Of a stretch of 40,000 bases of DNA, positions 26,549 to 34,533 are shown one piece after another. A model generated the notes under the pieces. That model did not search any database and was not told the origin of the DNA. It saw nothing but the letters and a program-made list of their open reading frames with translations. Numbering within the stretch: the first letter of the stretch is position 1; every line of letters begins with the position of its first letter. The stretch is from Bacillus safensis (GTDB lineage: Bacteria; Bacillota; Bacilli; Bacillales; Bacillaceae). Both the position numbers and the translations under genes were made by a program. The DNA lies in the NCBI GenBank assembly GCA_030159235.1, contig BSBG01000008.1, positions 8,737 through 48,736 on the forward strand, written 5' to 3'.

Positions 26549-26791
26549 TTACTCGCTTTGAGCAAGCATTTCAAGAAAGTCATGATGTGCTTCCATCGTT
26601 TCACGTCTCCCTGATTCCTCCTTTTTTACAGCATCGACGTTTGCATTCAGGAGGGTCAGATATGTCTGCTTCTCTTCTGCTGTGGGGAAAACAAACATCG
26701 GCTTCTGATGATGAAAGGCGATCCAGCCTCCAGCTTGGACTAAACAAAGCTGCGCTTCTTTTCTGGCATCAAACGTCAACTGATGTCTCAT
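26549..26791 (-). CDS. Hypothetical early protein; start uncertain (26839 by the ORF track, 26791 if MRHQL...)
   Basis: No SD precedes ATG 26839. GGAGG lies 12 nt before ATG 26791. Either start overlaps the upstream small ORF. Confidence 0.45.
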   Translation of the reverse strand: MRHQLTFDARKEAQLCLVQAGGWIAFHHQKPMFVFPTAEEKQTYLTLLNANVDAVKKEESGRRETMEAHHDFLEMLAQSE

Positions 26792-26921
26792 CTTCTTCAG
26801 ATTCCTCCAAACTGTCCTCAATTTCTGTTTGATATCCATATCGTTTCATGTCATATGACCAATAACTTTTTGGATATCCAAAATCATTCATCTGTGTCAC
26901 CATTGGATGTTCGATATTCAT
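26769..26921 (-). CDS. Small acidic hypothetical protein (50 aa); start moved to the ATG after SD AAAGGAGAG
   Basis: MNIEHPMVTQMNDFGYPKSYWSYDMKRYGYQTEIEDSLEESEEDETSVDV. The ORF-track extension would overlap the cro-like gene. Confidence 0.5.
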   Translation of the reverse strand: MNIEHPMVTQMNDFGYPKSYWSYDMKRYGYQTEIEDSLEESEEDETSVDV

Positions 26922-26958
26922 TCTGTTCGTCTCTCCTTTTCTAAGAATCGTTCTCCTT

Positions 26959-27180
26959 TCATTTGTTACTCTTTTCGTGTAACTTTTGGCCAAAAAAAAG
27001 CTCTTGAACACCAGTATTCAGCAAATCTGCAATACGCTTTGCTATATCTAAGCTAGGCTTTGTTCTGCCCATTTCTATATTTGCATAGCCGCTTGTGTAC
27101 TTGTATCCCAATTTTTTCGCCATATAGGTTTGTGTTTTTCCTTGTAAAATCCGTTCTTCTCGTAAATTTTCAAGTTTCAT
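26959..27180 (-). CDS. XRE-family HTH regulator (Cro-like), first gene of the early leftward operon
   Basis: 73 aa. L...R...G.TQ..MAKKLG......YANIE.G...PSLD.A.RIADLL is the HTH_3 pattern. Divergent from xre. Confidence 0.8.
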   Translation of the reverse strand: MKLENLREERILQGKTQTYMAKKLGYKYTSGYANIEMGRTKPSLDIAKRIADLLNTGVQELFFGQKLHEKSNK

Positions 27181-27339
27181 CTTTCCACCTCTTACTCAAT
27201 ATGTGTAAGTTATATTCATTATGATAATATACACGAAACGGGTAAGTCAACTAATTTTTTATTCTTTTTGTGTATTTATTTATCTTTTCCGTGTAATTCA
27301 TGATAAAATTTACTCATAACATGAAAAAAGGTGTTTCCA
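27181..27339. promoter_or_regulatory. Divergent promoter/operator region of the xre / cro-like switch
   Basis: Minus strand: TTGACT (27250-27245)-18 nt-TATCAT (27226-27221). Plus strand: extended -10 elements TGATAATAT (27222-27230) and TGATAAAAT (27301-27309). There are four GTGTA(A/T) motifs at about 27203, 27230 (inverted), 27270 and 27291. Confidence 0.55.
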
Positions 27340-27717
27340 ATGGATAATTTGACTGGGAAGATTTTAACTGAATTAAGAGAGAAGCATGGATGGAGCAAGT
27401 CAACAGTTGCTAAAAAACTCGGATTAAAAGCGATGTCCACTTATGCAAACTGGGAATATGGCTTGAGAAAGCCCGACGGTGAAATGATTGTGAAAATCGC
27501 TGAATTATATGGGGTCTCAACCGATTATCTTCTCACAGGTAAGGACAAAGGCAGGCATGATGACGATCTTGCAGACGATCCTGATTTGCAAATTGCGTTT
27601 AAAGCCGCTTCCGATTTTTCTGAAGAAGCACGAAGACAAACCATCGATTTTATTAACTACATTAGAGAGAAAGAGAAGCAAAAAGGCCGTCAGCCAAAAC
27701 CGTCCGAAGACGAATAA
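27340..27717 (+). CDS. xre: PBSX-type repressor, XRE-family HTH
   Basis: ATG at 27340 follows AAAGGTG. L.ELREKHGWSKS.VAKKLG....TYANWEYG.R.PD.E...KIAELY.VS.DYLL.GK is the HTH_3 pattern. Divergent from the early operon. Confidence 0.85.
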   Translation: MDNLTGKILTELREKHGWSKSTVAKKLGLKAMSTYANWEYGLRKPDGEMIVKIAELYGVSTDYLLTGKDKGRHDDDLADDPDLQIAFKAASDFSEEARRQTIDFINYIREKEKQKGRQPKPSEDE

Positions 27718-27754
27718 TGGAACCGCCTCAATCTCTTATCATAAGCATGACTTT

Positions 27755-27779
27755 GCTGGGTATATCCCAGCTTTTTTTA
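27755..27779 (+). terminator. Intrinsic terminator after xre
   Basis: GCUGGG-UAUAU-CCCAGC, then UUUUUUUAU. Confidence 0.7.
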
Positions 27780-27909
27780 TGCCACTTTTTCCCCCTAAAA
27801 ACGACAGACATATGAATAAAGAATCATGCGTTTTTTTATTCCTCTAGTCTTCTTTTCAAGAATATGTGACAATTTTCACCAAAATTACTTATTTTTTTAC
27901 TATTTTTCA

Positions 27910-27938
27910 TTGACATATAATTCTATTATTATTAATAT
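27910..27938 (+). promoter_or_regulatory. SigA-type promoter TTGACA-17-TAATAT for the small secreted protein gene
   Basis: Read directly: consensus -35 box and exact 17-nt spacer. Confidence 0.6.
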
Positions 27939-27969
27939 ATGTATATACCAAAAAAAAGGAGTGTTACCG

Positions 27970-28320
27970 ATGAAAAAATTAATGAAAGCTTGTACATTGT
28001 CTTTAGCTGCTGTTGGTGCTCTTACGTTCTTCCAAACTGAAGGTGCCCATGCAGCTGCACAGCCTAAAGAACCAGTTATAGCAAAAGCTCCTATTATGAA
28101 TAAAGTGATTACGGTGAACCGTACGCTTTCTGTCGGTTCTTCAATTGCTGTCTCCCTGCCAGCAAGCCAAATTTCTGTGTCAGGTGCAACATATGCGATT
28201 CAATTAGATCAAACAGCTCCAAACTTCACTTGGATTCGTGCCGTACAACGCGGTTCTGTGACAGTATCTTACTATAATTCACAAGGCGAGCGTGTGATTA
28301 ACTATATTACAGTTCGATAA
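27970..28320 (+). CDS. Small secreted protein of unknown function (116 aa, Sec signal peptide)
   Basis: SD AAAGGAG then ATG. MKKLMKACTLSLAAVGALTFFQTEGAHA|AAQ is a signal peptide with an AHA-A cleavage motif. The mature part is rich in beta-type residues. Confidence 0.75.
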   Translation: MKKLMKACTLSLAAVGALTFFQTEGAHAAAQPKEPVIAKAPIMNKVITVNRTLSVGSSIAVSLPASQISVSGATYAIQLDQTAPNFTWIRAVQRGSVTVSYYNSQGERVINYITVR

Positions 28321-28340
28321 GCAATCTAGCTTTACATATC

Positions 28341-28378
28341 AAAAGGCGATGACTTCATGTCATCGCCTTTTGGTGTTT
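28341..28378 (+). terminator. Intrinsic terminator
   Basis: AAAGGCGAUGAC-UUCAU-GUCAUCGCCUUU, then UGGUGUUU. 12-bp stem. Confidence 0.75.
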
Positions 28379-28420
28379 CGAGTTGGATTCATTTGATCCG
28401 TGGTTGCCAACATTTCTCCA

Positions 28421-28455
28421 ATATGTTAACTTTTAATTCAAATAAGTTAACATAT
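28421..28455. promoter_or_regulatory. BirA-type biotin operator: perfect inverted repeat ATATGTTAACTT-N11-AAGTTAACATAT
   Basis: The 12-bp arms are perfect reverse complements, and TGTTAAC/GTTAACA half-sites fit the Gram-positive BirA box as recalled. It abuts the bioB SD. Confidence 0.7.
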
Positions 28456-28469
28456 TGGAGGAGTTTATA

Positions 28470-29465
28470 ATGGGAAAACAAACATCTTTGTCCTGGGAAG
28501 CGATAGCTGAGCAGGCAATGTTAAATAAACCGATCACCATAGATGAAGGTTTAGACATTCTGAATGCAGATGACAGAGAATTGTTACCTATTATGCACGC
28601 AGCCTATCAAGTGAGATTTCATTTTTTTCAAAATAAGGTGAAATTAAATATGATTTTTAACGCAAAAAGTGGATATTGTCCTGAGAACTGCGGGTATTGC
28701 TCACAGTCGATCATTTCAAAGGCACCCGTTGAAAAATACACGATGCTTGATCAAAAAACCATTGTGGCTGGCGCACGTGAGGCGCTTAAAAGAAAAGCGG
28801 GGACTTATTGTATTGTAGCAAGCGGGAGAGCACCATCTCACAGGGAATTAGATGAGGTGACTGCAGCAGTAAAGGAGATCACTGACACGATGCCTTTGAA
28901 GGTGTGTGCTTGTCTTGGGTTATTAAATAAAGACAAAGCGAAGCGGCTGAAGGAAGCGGGTATTCATCGGTATAATCACAATATTAATACACATCATGAT
29001 CACCATGCTCAAATTACGACAACTCATACATATGATGACCGCGTGTCGACCATTGGGCAGGTCAAACAGTCGGGTATGTCACCTTGCTCAGGGGTCATTA
29101 TTGGAATGGGTGAAACCAATCAGCAAATTGTTGAAATGGCTTTTGCGCTCAGATCTCTTGATGTGGATTCAATCCCAGTCAACTTTCTTCATGCCATTGA
29201 GGGAACACCGCTTGAGCATCAAGAACGAACACACCCGATCAAAGCATTGAAAGTGCTGGCACTGATGAGATTTGTCAATCCAACAAAGGAGATCCGCGTA
29301 TCTGGAGGCAGAGAGTTTAATTTACGGACACTCCAGCCGCTCGCACTTTATGCCGCGAATTCCATTTTCGTTGGCGATTATTTAACAACAAAAGGCCAGC
29401 AAGTCCAAACAGATCACCATATCATTGAAGATTTAGGTTTCGAAATAGAAGAATGCGCGATATAA
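28470..29465 (+). CDS. bioB: Biotin synthase (radical SAM)
   Basis: ATG at 28470 follows GGAGGAG. The CPENCGYCSQ radical-SAM CxxxCxxC motif is present, and the length and overall pattern are typical of BioB. Confidence 0.9.
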   Translation: MGKQTSLSWEAIAEQAMLNKPITIDEGLDILNADDRELLPIMHAAYQVRFHFFQNKVKLNMIFNAKSGYCPENCGYCSQSIISKAPVEKYTMLDQKTIVAGAREALKRKAGTYCIVASGRAPSHRELDEVTAAVKEITDTMPLKVCACLGLLNKDKAKRLKEAGIHRYNHNINTHHDHHAQITTTHTYDDRVSTIGQVKQSGMSPCSGVIIGMGETNQQIVEMAFALRSLDVDSIPVNFLHAIEGTPLEHQERTHPIKALKVLALMRFVNPTKEIRVSGGREFNLRTLQPLALYAANSIFVGDYLTTKGQQVQTDHHIIEDLGFEIEECAI

Positions 29466-29495
29466 AAAAGTCTGCCGATTCACTGGCAGACTTTT
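29466..29495. terminator. Bidirectional intrinsic terminator between convergent bioB and the yvgO-like gene
   Basis: AAAAGUCUGCC-GAUUCACU-GGCAGACUUUU, with an A-run on one side and a U-run on the other. Confidence 0.8.
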
Positions 29496-29504
29496 GACGA
29501 TAGA

Positions 29505-29978
29505 TTAGAATCTTTTATGGAAATCGACAGTTCCGCTTCCATCTTCACGATCAAAGCTGCCAACAAACGTCCAATTAATATACCCACCGTCACCATTGTT
29601 GACAAACGTACCATCTTCAAATACCCAAATACCAAACGTAATCCCGTCATATTCAACACTATCATAGTAGACAACATTGTTCAGTCCGCTAAAGTCATGA
29701 TCTTGGCTTAAGTTCTGGACAACAACGTTGTAGTTTTGACCTGCTTCATAAAATGCACTGTACGCCGCATTTTTTACGAATCCATCACGATTTTGAGATG
29801 ATTTGACTGCTTGTTCAATTTTATCGGCAATGGCTACTGGATCAATAGAGACACTTCCATCAACACCTGTTGTTGTAGCAGCTTCAGCCGTTTGACCAAA
29901 AATCGTAAGAGATAGAGGGGCAGCAACCATTGACGTAGCGATAACAGAACCAACAAACATTTTACTTGTTTTTCTCAT
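29505..29978 (-). CDS. yvgO: Secreted stress-response protein, YvgO-like
   Basis: 157 aa with a signal peptide. The block SQNRDGFVKN...Y.VV..NLSQ......Y....YDG.T.GIWVFEDGTF.N.GDGG.INW.F.G.FDR matches B. subtilis YvgO as recalled. Confidence 0.75.
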   Translation of the reverse strand: MRKTSKMFVGSVIATSMVAAPLSLTIFGQTAEAATTTGVDGSVSIDPVAIADKIEQAVKSSQNRDGFVKNAAYSAFYEAGQNYNVVVQNLSQDHDFSGLNNVVYYDSVEYDGITFGIWVFEDGTFVNNGDGGYINWTFVGSFDREDGSGTVDFHKRF

Positions 29979-30112
29979 TATTTCTAACTCCTCCTTTAAT
30001 TGGTATGTTTATGTACTACCCCTTCATCTGTCTCTTAAACACTAATTTATAAAAAAAATTCTTATTATACCAATTAAGAGGGTGATTTTACTGTTTAAAG
30101 AGGTGGAATAGC

Positions 30113-30142
30113 AAAAAAACTACTCTTTAGAAAGAGTAGTTT
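30113..30142 (-). terminator. Intrinsic terminator after uppP
   Basis: Minus strand: ACUACUCUUU..AAAGAGUAGU, then UUUUUUUGC. Confidence 0.7.
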
Positions 30143-30148
30143 CCAGTA

Positions 30149-30982
30149 TTACATGAACAGGATAAATAAAATCACACCTAGGATGATTCGGTATATCGCA
30201 AAAGGCACCAGTTTAATTTTATTGATCAGCTTTAGGAAGAATCGAACAACAAAGAGAGCCACAACAAACGCACTCACAAAGCCGACGATAAAGAATGGCA
30301 GCATGTCTGTTGTTAAATATTCGGCATTTTTCACAAGGGTTAACAAGCTTGCTCCTGCCATAATCGGCATTGCCATGATAAATGTGAAGTCAGCCGCAGC
30401 ACGGTGATTCAAACCAAGAATAACCCCACCTGCGATCGTAGAACCTGAACGCGAGAAGCCTGGCCATAATGCCAAACATTGAAACAGTCCGATATAAAGT
30501 GCCTGTCTGTACGTCATGTTATCGACAGAGCTTGTTTCAGTTTTACGTTTATTGATCCAGTCAGCGACAAGCATCAGAACTGCCCCTAAAATCAAACCGA
30601 CTGCGACCGTTCTAACATCGAACAAGTATTTATCAATATAATCTTCAAATAAGAATCCTAAAATGACGGCTGGAACAAGTCCAACAGCAATTTGGGCGAT
30701 GGTCAGCTTATGCCCGCTGCGCTTCTGTTCTTCCGTGATATTTTTCTTTAAGCCCAATAAGTTTAAAATACGATCTTTAAACACAATCATGACAGCTAAA
30801 ATAGAGCCTAACTGAATCACGACTTTAAATGTGTTAGCCGCTTCTGGCGTAATTATTTCCTTCGATTTTAGCCAAAGATCATCGACAATGATCATGTGAC
30901 CTGTAGATGAGACAGGTGCATACTCTGTTAATCCTTCGACAATTCCTAAAACCAGTGCCACAAATAAATCCCATAGATTCAT
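30149..30982 (-). CDS. uppP: Undecaprenyl-diphosphate phosphatase (BacA/UppP)
   Basis: LG.VEGLTE..PVSSTGHM and FSRSG.TI.G motifs; polytopic membrane protein. Start set at MNLWDL after the SD. Confidence 0.9.
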   Translation of the reverse strand: MNLWDLFVALVLGIVEGLTEYAPVSSTGHMIIVDDLWLKSKEIITPEAANTFKVVIQLGSILAVMIVFKDRILNLLGLKKNITEEQKRSGHKLTIAQIAVGLVPAVILGFLFEDYIDKYLFDVRTVAVGLILGAVLMLVADWINKRKTETSSVDNMTYRQALYIGLFQCLALWPGFSRSGSTIAGGVILGLNHRAAADFTFIMAMPIMAGASLLTLVKNAEYLTTDMLPFFIVGFVSAFVVALFVVRFFLKLINKIKLVPFAIYRIILGVILFILFM

Positions 30983-31110
30983 GATTTTCTTTCCTTTCAA
31001 TTCTGATCTTTTGAAGCAGGGCTAACATCTATGTCCACATAAAGACAAGCTTCCTTCATCGAAAGCTCGTCTTTATGATACTATATTTTTTTCAAAAAAA
31101 GATTATGACA

Positions 31111-32253
31111 TCAAACCTTTTCTTCTTTATACAAATTGGATCGTATTTTGAACCAATCAAACAAGTGGGTTGTGATGACCTTTAGAACGGCATACGTCGG
31201 AATTGCGACAATGATGCCGACTACGCTGAACAATTTACCGGCTGTTAATAGAACGAAAATGATTGTGATTGGGTGAATATGGAGGTTTTTCCCCATCACC
31301 TGAGGAGAAATAAATTTCCCTTCAATGAGCTGAACCACTGTCCAGACGATGATGAGTTTTAACAGCATCACTGGCGACGTGACAAGTGCAATCACAATCG
31401 CTGGTGTAATCGCAATGGTTGGACCAAGGTAAGGCACTACACTCGTACATGCCGCAATGATAGCAAGCAGCAGCGCATAGTCAAGTCCAATGATCAAATA
31501 ACCGATTAAAAGAAGAAAACCGATACAAAAGCTGACAATGATCTGTCCGCGAATATATGAGCTCAGGCGATGATTCATTTCGTGAAGCACGATATGTGTA
31601 TGTTCTCTCAGCTTATTCGGAATAAATTTCAGGAAATAGTCAGGCAGCTTTTTGCCGTCTTTTAATAGATAAAACAAAATGAACGGCACCGTCACGATCG
31701 AGATGATGACTTCTGTGAGCGCCCCTAAGAATGTCCCTACTCCGGTAAAGGTGCTTTCCAAAATCTTCGTCGCTTGACTGGATGCTTTACTCACCAATTC
31801 AGATACGTTAAAGTTCATCGTCTTCTGTACTTGATTAATAAAGTTGCTTCCTGTCAATTGTCTAATTTGATCTTCTACCGTATCGACGTATTTCGGAAGG
31901 TTATGAAATAAACTCATGGTTTGAGCTTGTAAAAAAGGAATAATGGACACGATGGTCACTGTAATAATCCCAATAATGACAATATATAAAAGCAAAATGG
32001 AATAGATCCGCTTGACTCTTGCTTTCTCTAACAAGTTGACAATCGGATTTAGTAGATAATACACAACCCCCGTTAAAATAATCGGTAAGGCAATGGTTTT
32101 GACGAGTACAATGAGCGGTGTGAAAATAAATGATGTTTTCATGAAAACAAGGATATTCAATCCGATTAATAGCAGGATGAGTAAAAAGAGAACAAACTTG
32201 TTATCAAGAAAAAATTTTCTAAATCGACTGCTCCACATTTGCATAGAATTCAT
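31111..32253 (-). CDS. AI-2E family (PerM/UPF0118) transporter
   Basis: 380 aa, about 8 TM segments. The C-terminal ..Q..EG..I.P...G..L.IHP...I...... pattern is typical of the family. Confidence 0.8.
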   Translation of the reverse strand: MNSMQMWSSRFRKFFLDNKFVLFLLILLLIGLNILVFMKTSFIFTPLIVLVKTIALPIILTGVVYYLLNPIVNLLEKARVKRIYSILLLYIVIIGIITVTIVSIIPFLQAQTMSLFHNLPKYVDTVEDQIRQLTGSNFINQVQKTMNFNVSELVSKASSQATKILESTFTGVGTFLGALTEVIISIVTVPFILFYLLKDGKKLPDYFLKFIPNKLREHTHIVLHEMNHRLSSYIRGQIIVSFCIGFLLLIGYLIIGLDYALLLAIIAACTSVVPYLGPTIAITPAIVIALVTSPVMLLKLIIVWTVVQLIEGKFISPQVMGKNLHIHPITIIFVLLTAGKLFSVVGIIVAIPTYAVLKVITTHLFDWFKIRSNLYKEEKV

Positions 32254-32304
32254 ATCGTTCCTCCAAACACGGGCTATTTTATGAGTAAATTGTACACTAC
32301 TTGA

Positions 32305-32658
32305 TCATGATATGGTGGTCATTGTTTCAGCTTTTTTCCCATATCGCAGGTGGACATTGCCCAACCAATGAGAATCGGCTGTCCAATCAGCCTTATACAT
32401 AGCAAGGCTCGTTATGTGCATTCTTGACCTGGGCATAGTATTCCCTCTCGCGCAGCAAATAAGTTTGCAGGGAATATAAGCACAAGATAATAGGTTTTGC
32501 CGCTGCGTCCCTGACATTTGGTAGAAGTAGCAACACGGCCAGCTTGACATCATACGGATAAAACCACTCGGCTCTATCATATGAAAAATGCCGGCTGCTA
32601 TAAATAAAAGCGCAAAGACGTATGTAGTTCCTGCATGCAGGATGCGCTTCATGTTCAT
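32305..32658 (-). pseudogene. Decayed small membrane-protein gene (frameshift/deletion plus an in-frame stop)
   Basis: The first ~37 codons read as a normal TM segment (MKRILHAGTTYVFALLFIAAGIFHMIEPSGF). The frame then turns Cys-rich and implausible. The +1 frame reads TYYLVLIFPANLFAAREGI...(TAA)...RLIGQPILIGWAMS, and a third frame reads KLAVLLLLPNVRDAAAKPIIL. Confidence 0.55.
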
Positions 32659-32851
32659 TTTCTCTCTCCCTTCTATCTGAGTATTACCCGAAGAAGGAAG
32701 AAACTACCCACTTTTCGTACATTTATATCCTTTATGTAAGACGCATCAACCCATATAAAGGTTTCATCCGCATCTCAACAAAAAGAACATTCTTTCATAC
32801 AAACGCTTTCAAAGCATGTATAATCAGAGAAAAGCAGAAGGAGGGAATGAC

Positions 32852-33844
32852 ATGGTTCGATTTGCTGTCATCGGAACGAACTGGATTACAGATCGGTTCT
32901 TACAGGCTGGTGAAGGAATAGCTGATTTTATTTGTACAGCCGTCTATTCACGTTCGGCTGAAAAAGGCCAGGCCTTTGCCGAGAAATATGGGATTGATAC
33001 GGTTTTTACGGACTTACATCAAATGGCGGAAAGTGATGTGTTTGATGCCGTGTATATCGCGAGTCCAAATGCCCTTCATAAAGAGCAAGCCATGTTGATG
33101 ATGGAGCATCAAAAGCATGTTTTATGCGAAAAACCATTCGCCTCTCATCGAAAAGAAGTAGAAGAAATGATTGCCGCTTCGAAAAAACATCAAGTGTGTT
33201 TAATGGAAGCGATGAAAACGACATTTCTGCCGAATTTTCTTCAAATCAGACAACACCTCGATCAGCTGGGACCTATCAGACAAGTGATTGCTCATTATTG
33301 TAAATATTCCTCTAGATACGATGCTTATCGTAATGGCGAGCTTCCAAATGCTTTTAAGCCGGAATTATCCAATGGTTCTTTAATGGATATCGGTGTATAC
33401 CTCGTCTACCCCATCATGTATTTATTTGGTCTGCCGAATCAAATCACGGCGAGAGGCTATAAGCTTTCTTCTGGTGTGGATGGGAGCGGTTCAGTCCTTT
33501 TACAGTATAACGGGCATCAAGCACTTCTTTTTCATTCTAAAATTTCAACGTCTCATTTATCGGCTGAAATTCAAGGGGAGGATGCCACGATGGTGATTGA
33601 TCAATTCCACCGTCCTTCACGAATTACGATCCATGACCGTGATGGACACCAAACTGACATCTCTCTCAAGGATGATCAGCCAGCCATGTATTATGAAATC
33701 AATCATTTTATTGAGTGTATTCAGCAGGGCAAGGGGCAGTCTCCGGTCAATACATTTGCCCTTTCTGTTCAAACCATGTCCGTCATAGACGAGGCAAGAA
33801 GACAAATGGGTGTTATCTATCCTGCCGACAGACAAAATGTATAA
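32852..33844 (+). CDS. Gfo/Idh/MocA-family NAD(P)-dependent oxidoreductase
   Basis: ATG follows GAAGGAGGG. N-terminus VRFAVIGTNWI...F is a Rossmann motif, and the EKP motif (CEKPFA) is present. Confidence 0.85.
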   Translation: MVRFAVIGTNWITDRFLQAGEGIADFICTAVYSRSAEKGQAFAEKYGIDTVFTDLHQMAESDVFDAVYIASPNALHKEQAMLMMEHQKHVLCEKPFASHRKEVEEMIAASKKHQVCLMEAMKTTFLPNFLQIRQHLDQLGPIRQVIAHYCKYSSRYDAYRNGELPNAFKPELSNGSLMDIGVYLVYPIMYLFGLPNQITARGYKLSSGVDGSGSVLLQYNGHQALLFHSKISTSHLSAEIQGEDATMVIDQFHRPSRITIHDRDGHQTDISLKDDQPAMYYEINHFIECIQQGKGQSPVNTFALSVQTMSVIDEARRQMGVIYPADRQNV

Positions 33845-33861
33845 GGCATGAAATAATGAAC

Positions 33862-33900
33862 AAAGGGCGAAACTGTTTTTTATGTTCGCCCTTTGTGTTT
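33862..33900. terminator. Intrinsic terminator between the convergent oxidoreductase and DJ-1/PfpI genes
   Basis: AAAGGGCGAA-(13 nt)-UUCGCCCUUU, then GUGUUU. Confidence 0.7.
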
Positions 33901-33918
33901 ACGTTTCGTATCAATCGT

Positions 33919-34443
33919 TTATTTTGCCGCTAACACATCCGCAAATGCTTTCACATACGGAGGAAGATCGGGCGGACGTCTGCTGGAGACGAGATGACCA
34001 TCTGTGACGACTGCTTCATCAAACCAGTCTGCACCAGCATTTGTCATATCATCTTTAATACCTGGTGTACTTGTTACTTGTTTGCCTTGCAAGATTCCTG
34101 CTGAAATCAGCACCCAGCCAGCATGGCAAATTTGACCGATTGGTTTTGACTTCGCATCAAATGTACGGACGATGTCTAATACTTCTGGATAACGTCGCAG
34201 TTTATCAGGCGCCCAGCCGCCAGGGACAAGCACAGCATCATAATCATCTGCTTGAATGGAATAAAAATCGGCATCGGATACAGCCGGCACACCATACTTC
34301 CCGATGTACTCATGATTTGCTTTTTCTCCTACAAGATGGACAATTGCCCCTTCTTCTCTTAAACGCAATACCGGATACCACAGCTCTAAATCTTCAAAAT
34401 CATCGCTGACAAACGCAATGACCTTCTTATCTGATAAACGCAT
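33919..34443 (-). CDS. DJ-1/PfpI-family protein (type 1 glutamine amidotransferase-like protease/deglycase)
   Basis: Start at MRLSDKKV after SD AGAGGAGAG. Nucleophile elbow motif GQICHAGW, and D.AVLVPGG. 174 aa. Confidence 0.85.
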   Translation of the reverse strand: MRLSDKKVIAFVSDDFEDLELWYPVLRLREEGAIVHLVGEKANHEYIGKYGVPAVSDADFYSIQADDYDAVLVPGGWAPDKLRRYPEVLDIVRTFDAKSKPIGQICHAGWVLISAGILQGKQVTSTPGIKDDMTNAGADWFDEAVVTDGHLVSSRRPPDLPPYVKAFADVLAAK

Positions 34444-34493
34444 AACTTCTCTCCTCTTCTCTCTATTTCCTCTATTGTACGAGATGACCTCAT

Positions 34494-34525
34494 AAAAAGA
34501 AAAGCGGTTCCCCTTGAGGAGAACC
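34494..34525 (-). terminator. Intrinsic terminator after the first MCP gene
   Basis: Minus strand: GGUUCUCC-UCAA-GGGGAACC, then GCUUUUCUUUUUAUG. Confidence 0.6.
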
Positions 34526-34533
34526 ACTTGACC

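Larger units (their letters stand above)
1..27780 (-). mobile_element. PBSX-like phage-like element (defective prophage / contractile tailocin-type particle locus); left end at or beyond position 1, right edge approximate
   Basis: Continuous minus-strand block colinear with B. subtilis PBSX as recalled (xre | xtrA xpf xtmA xtmB xkdE..xkdX xhlB xlyA). No integrase or replication genes seen. Right edge placed after the xre terminator. Confidence 0.85.

Noticed and set aside
1-27780. Search for an integrase, attachment-site direct repeats, tRNA or CRISPR features that would define the element ends
   Set aside because: None was found in the window. PBSX-type elements classically lack an integrase, and the left end may lie outside the window, so no att call is made.
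29480-29711. 65-aa and 64-aa ORFs overlapping the 3' part of the yvgO-like gene
   Set aside because: They overlap a gene with a strong family match, and they have no SD.
31084-31105. T7-C-A7 palindromic tract between uppP and the AI-2E transporter
   Set aside because: It is a low-complexity A/T run in an intergenic region. It has no stable stem beyond A:T pairs and no flanking signal.
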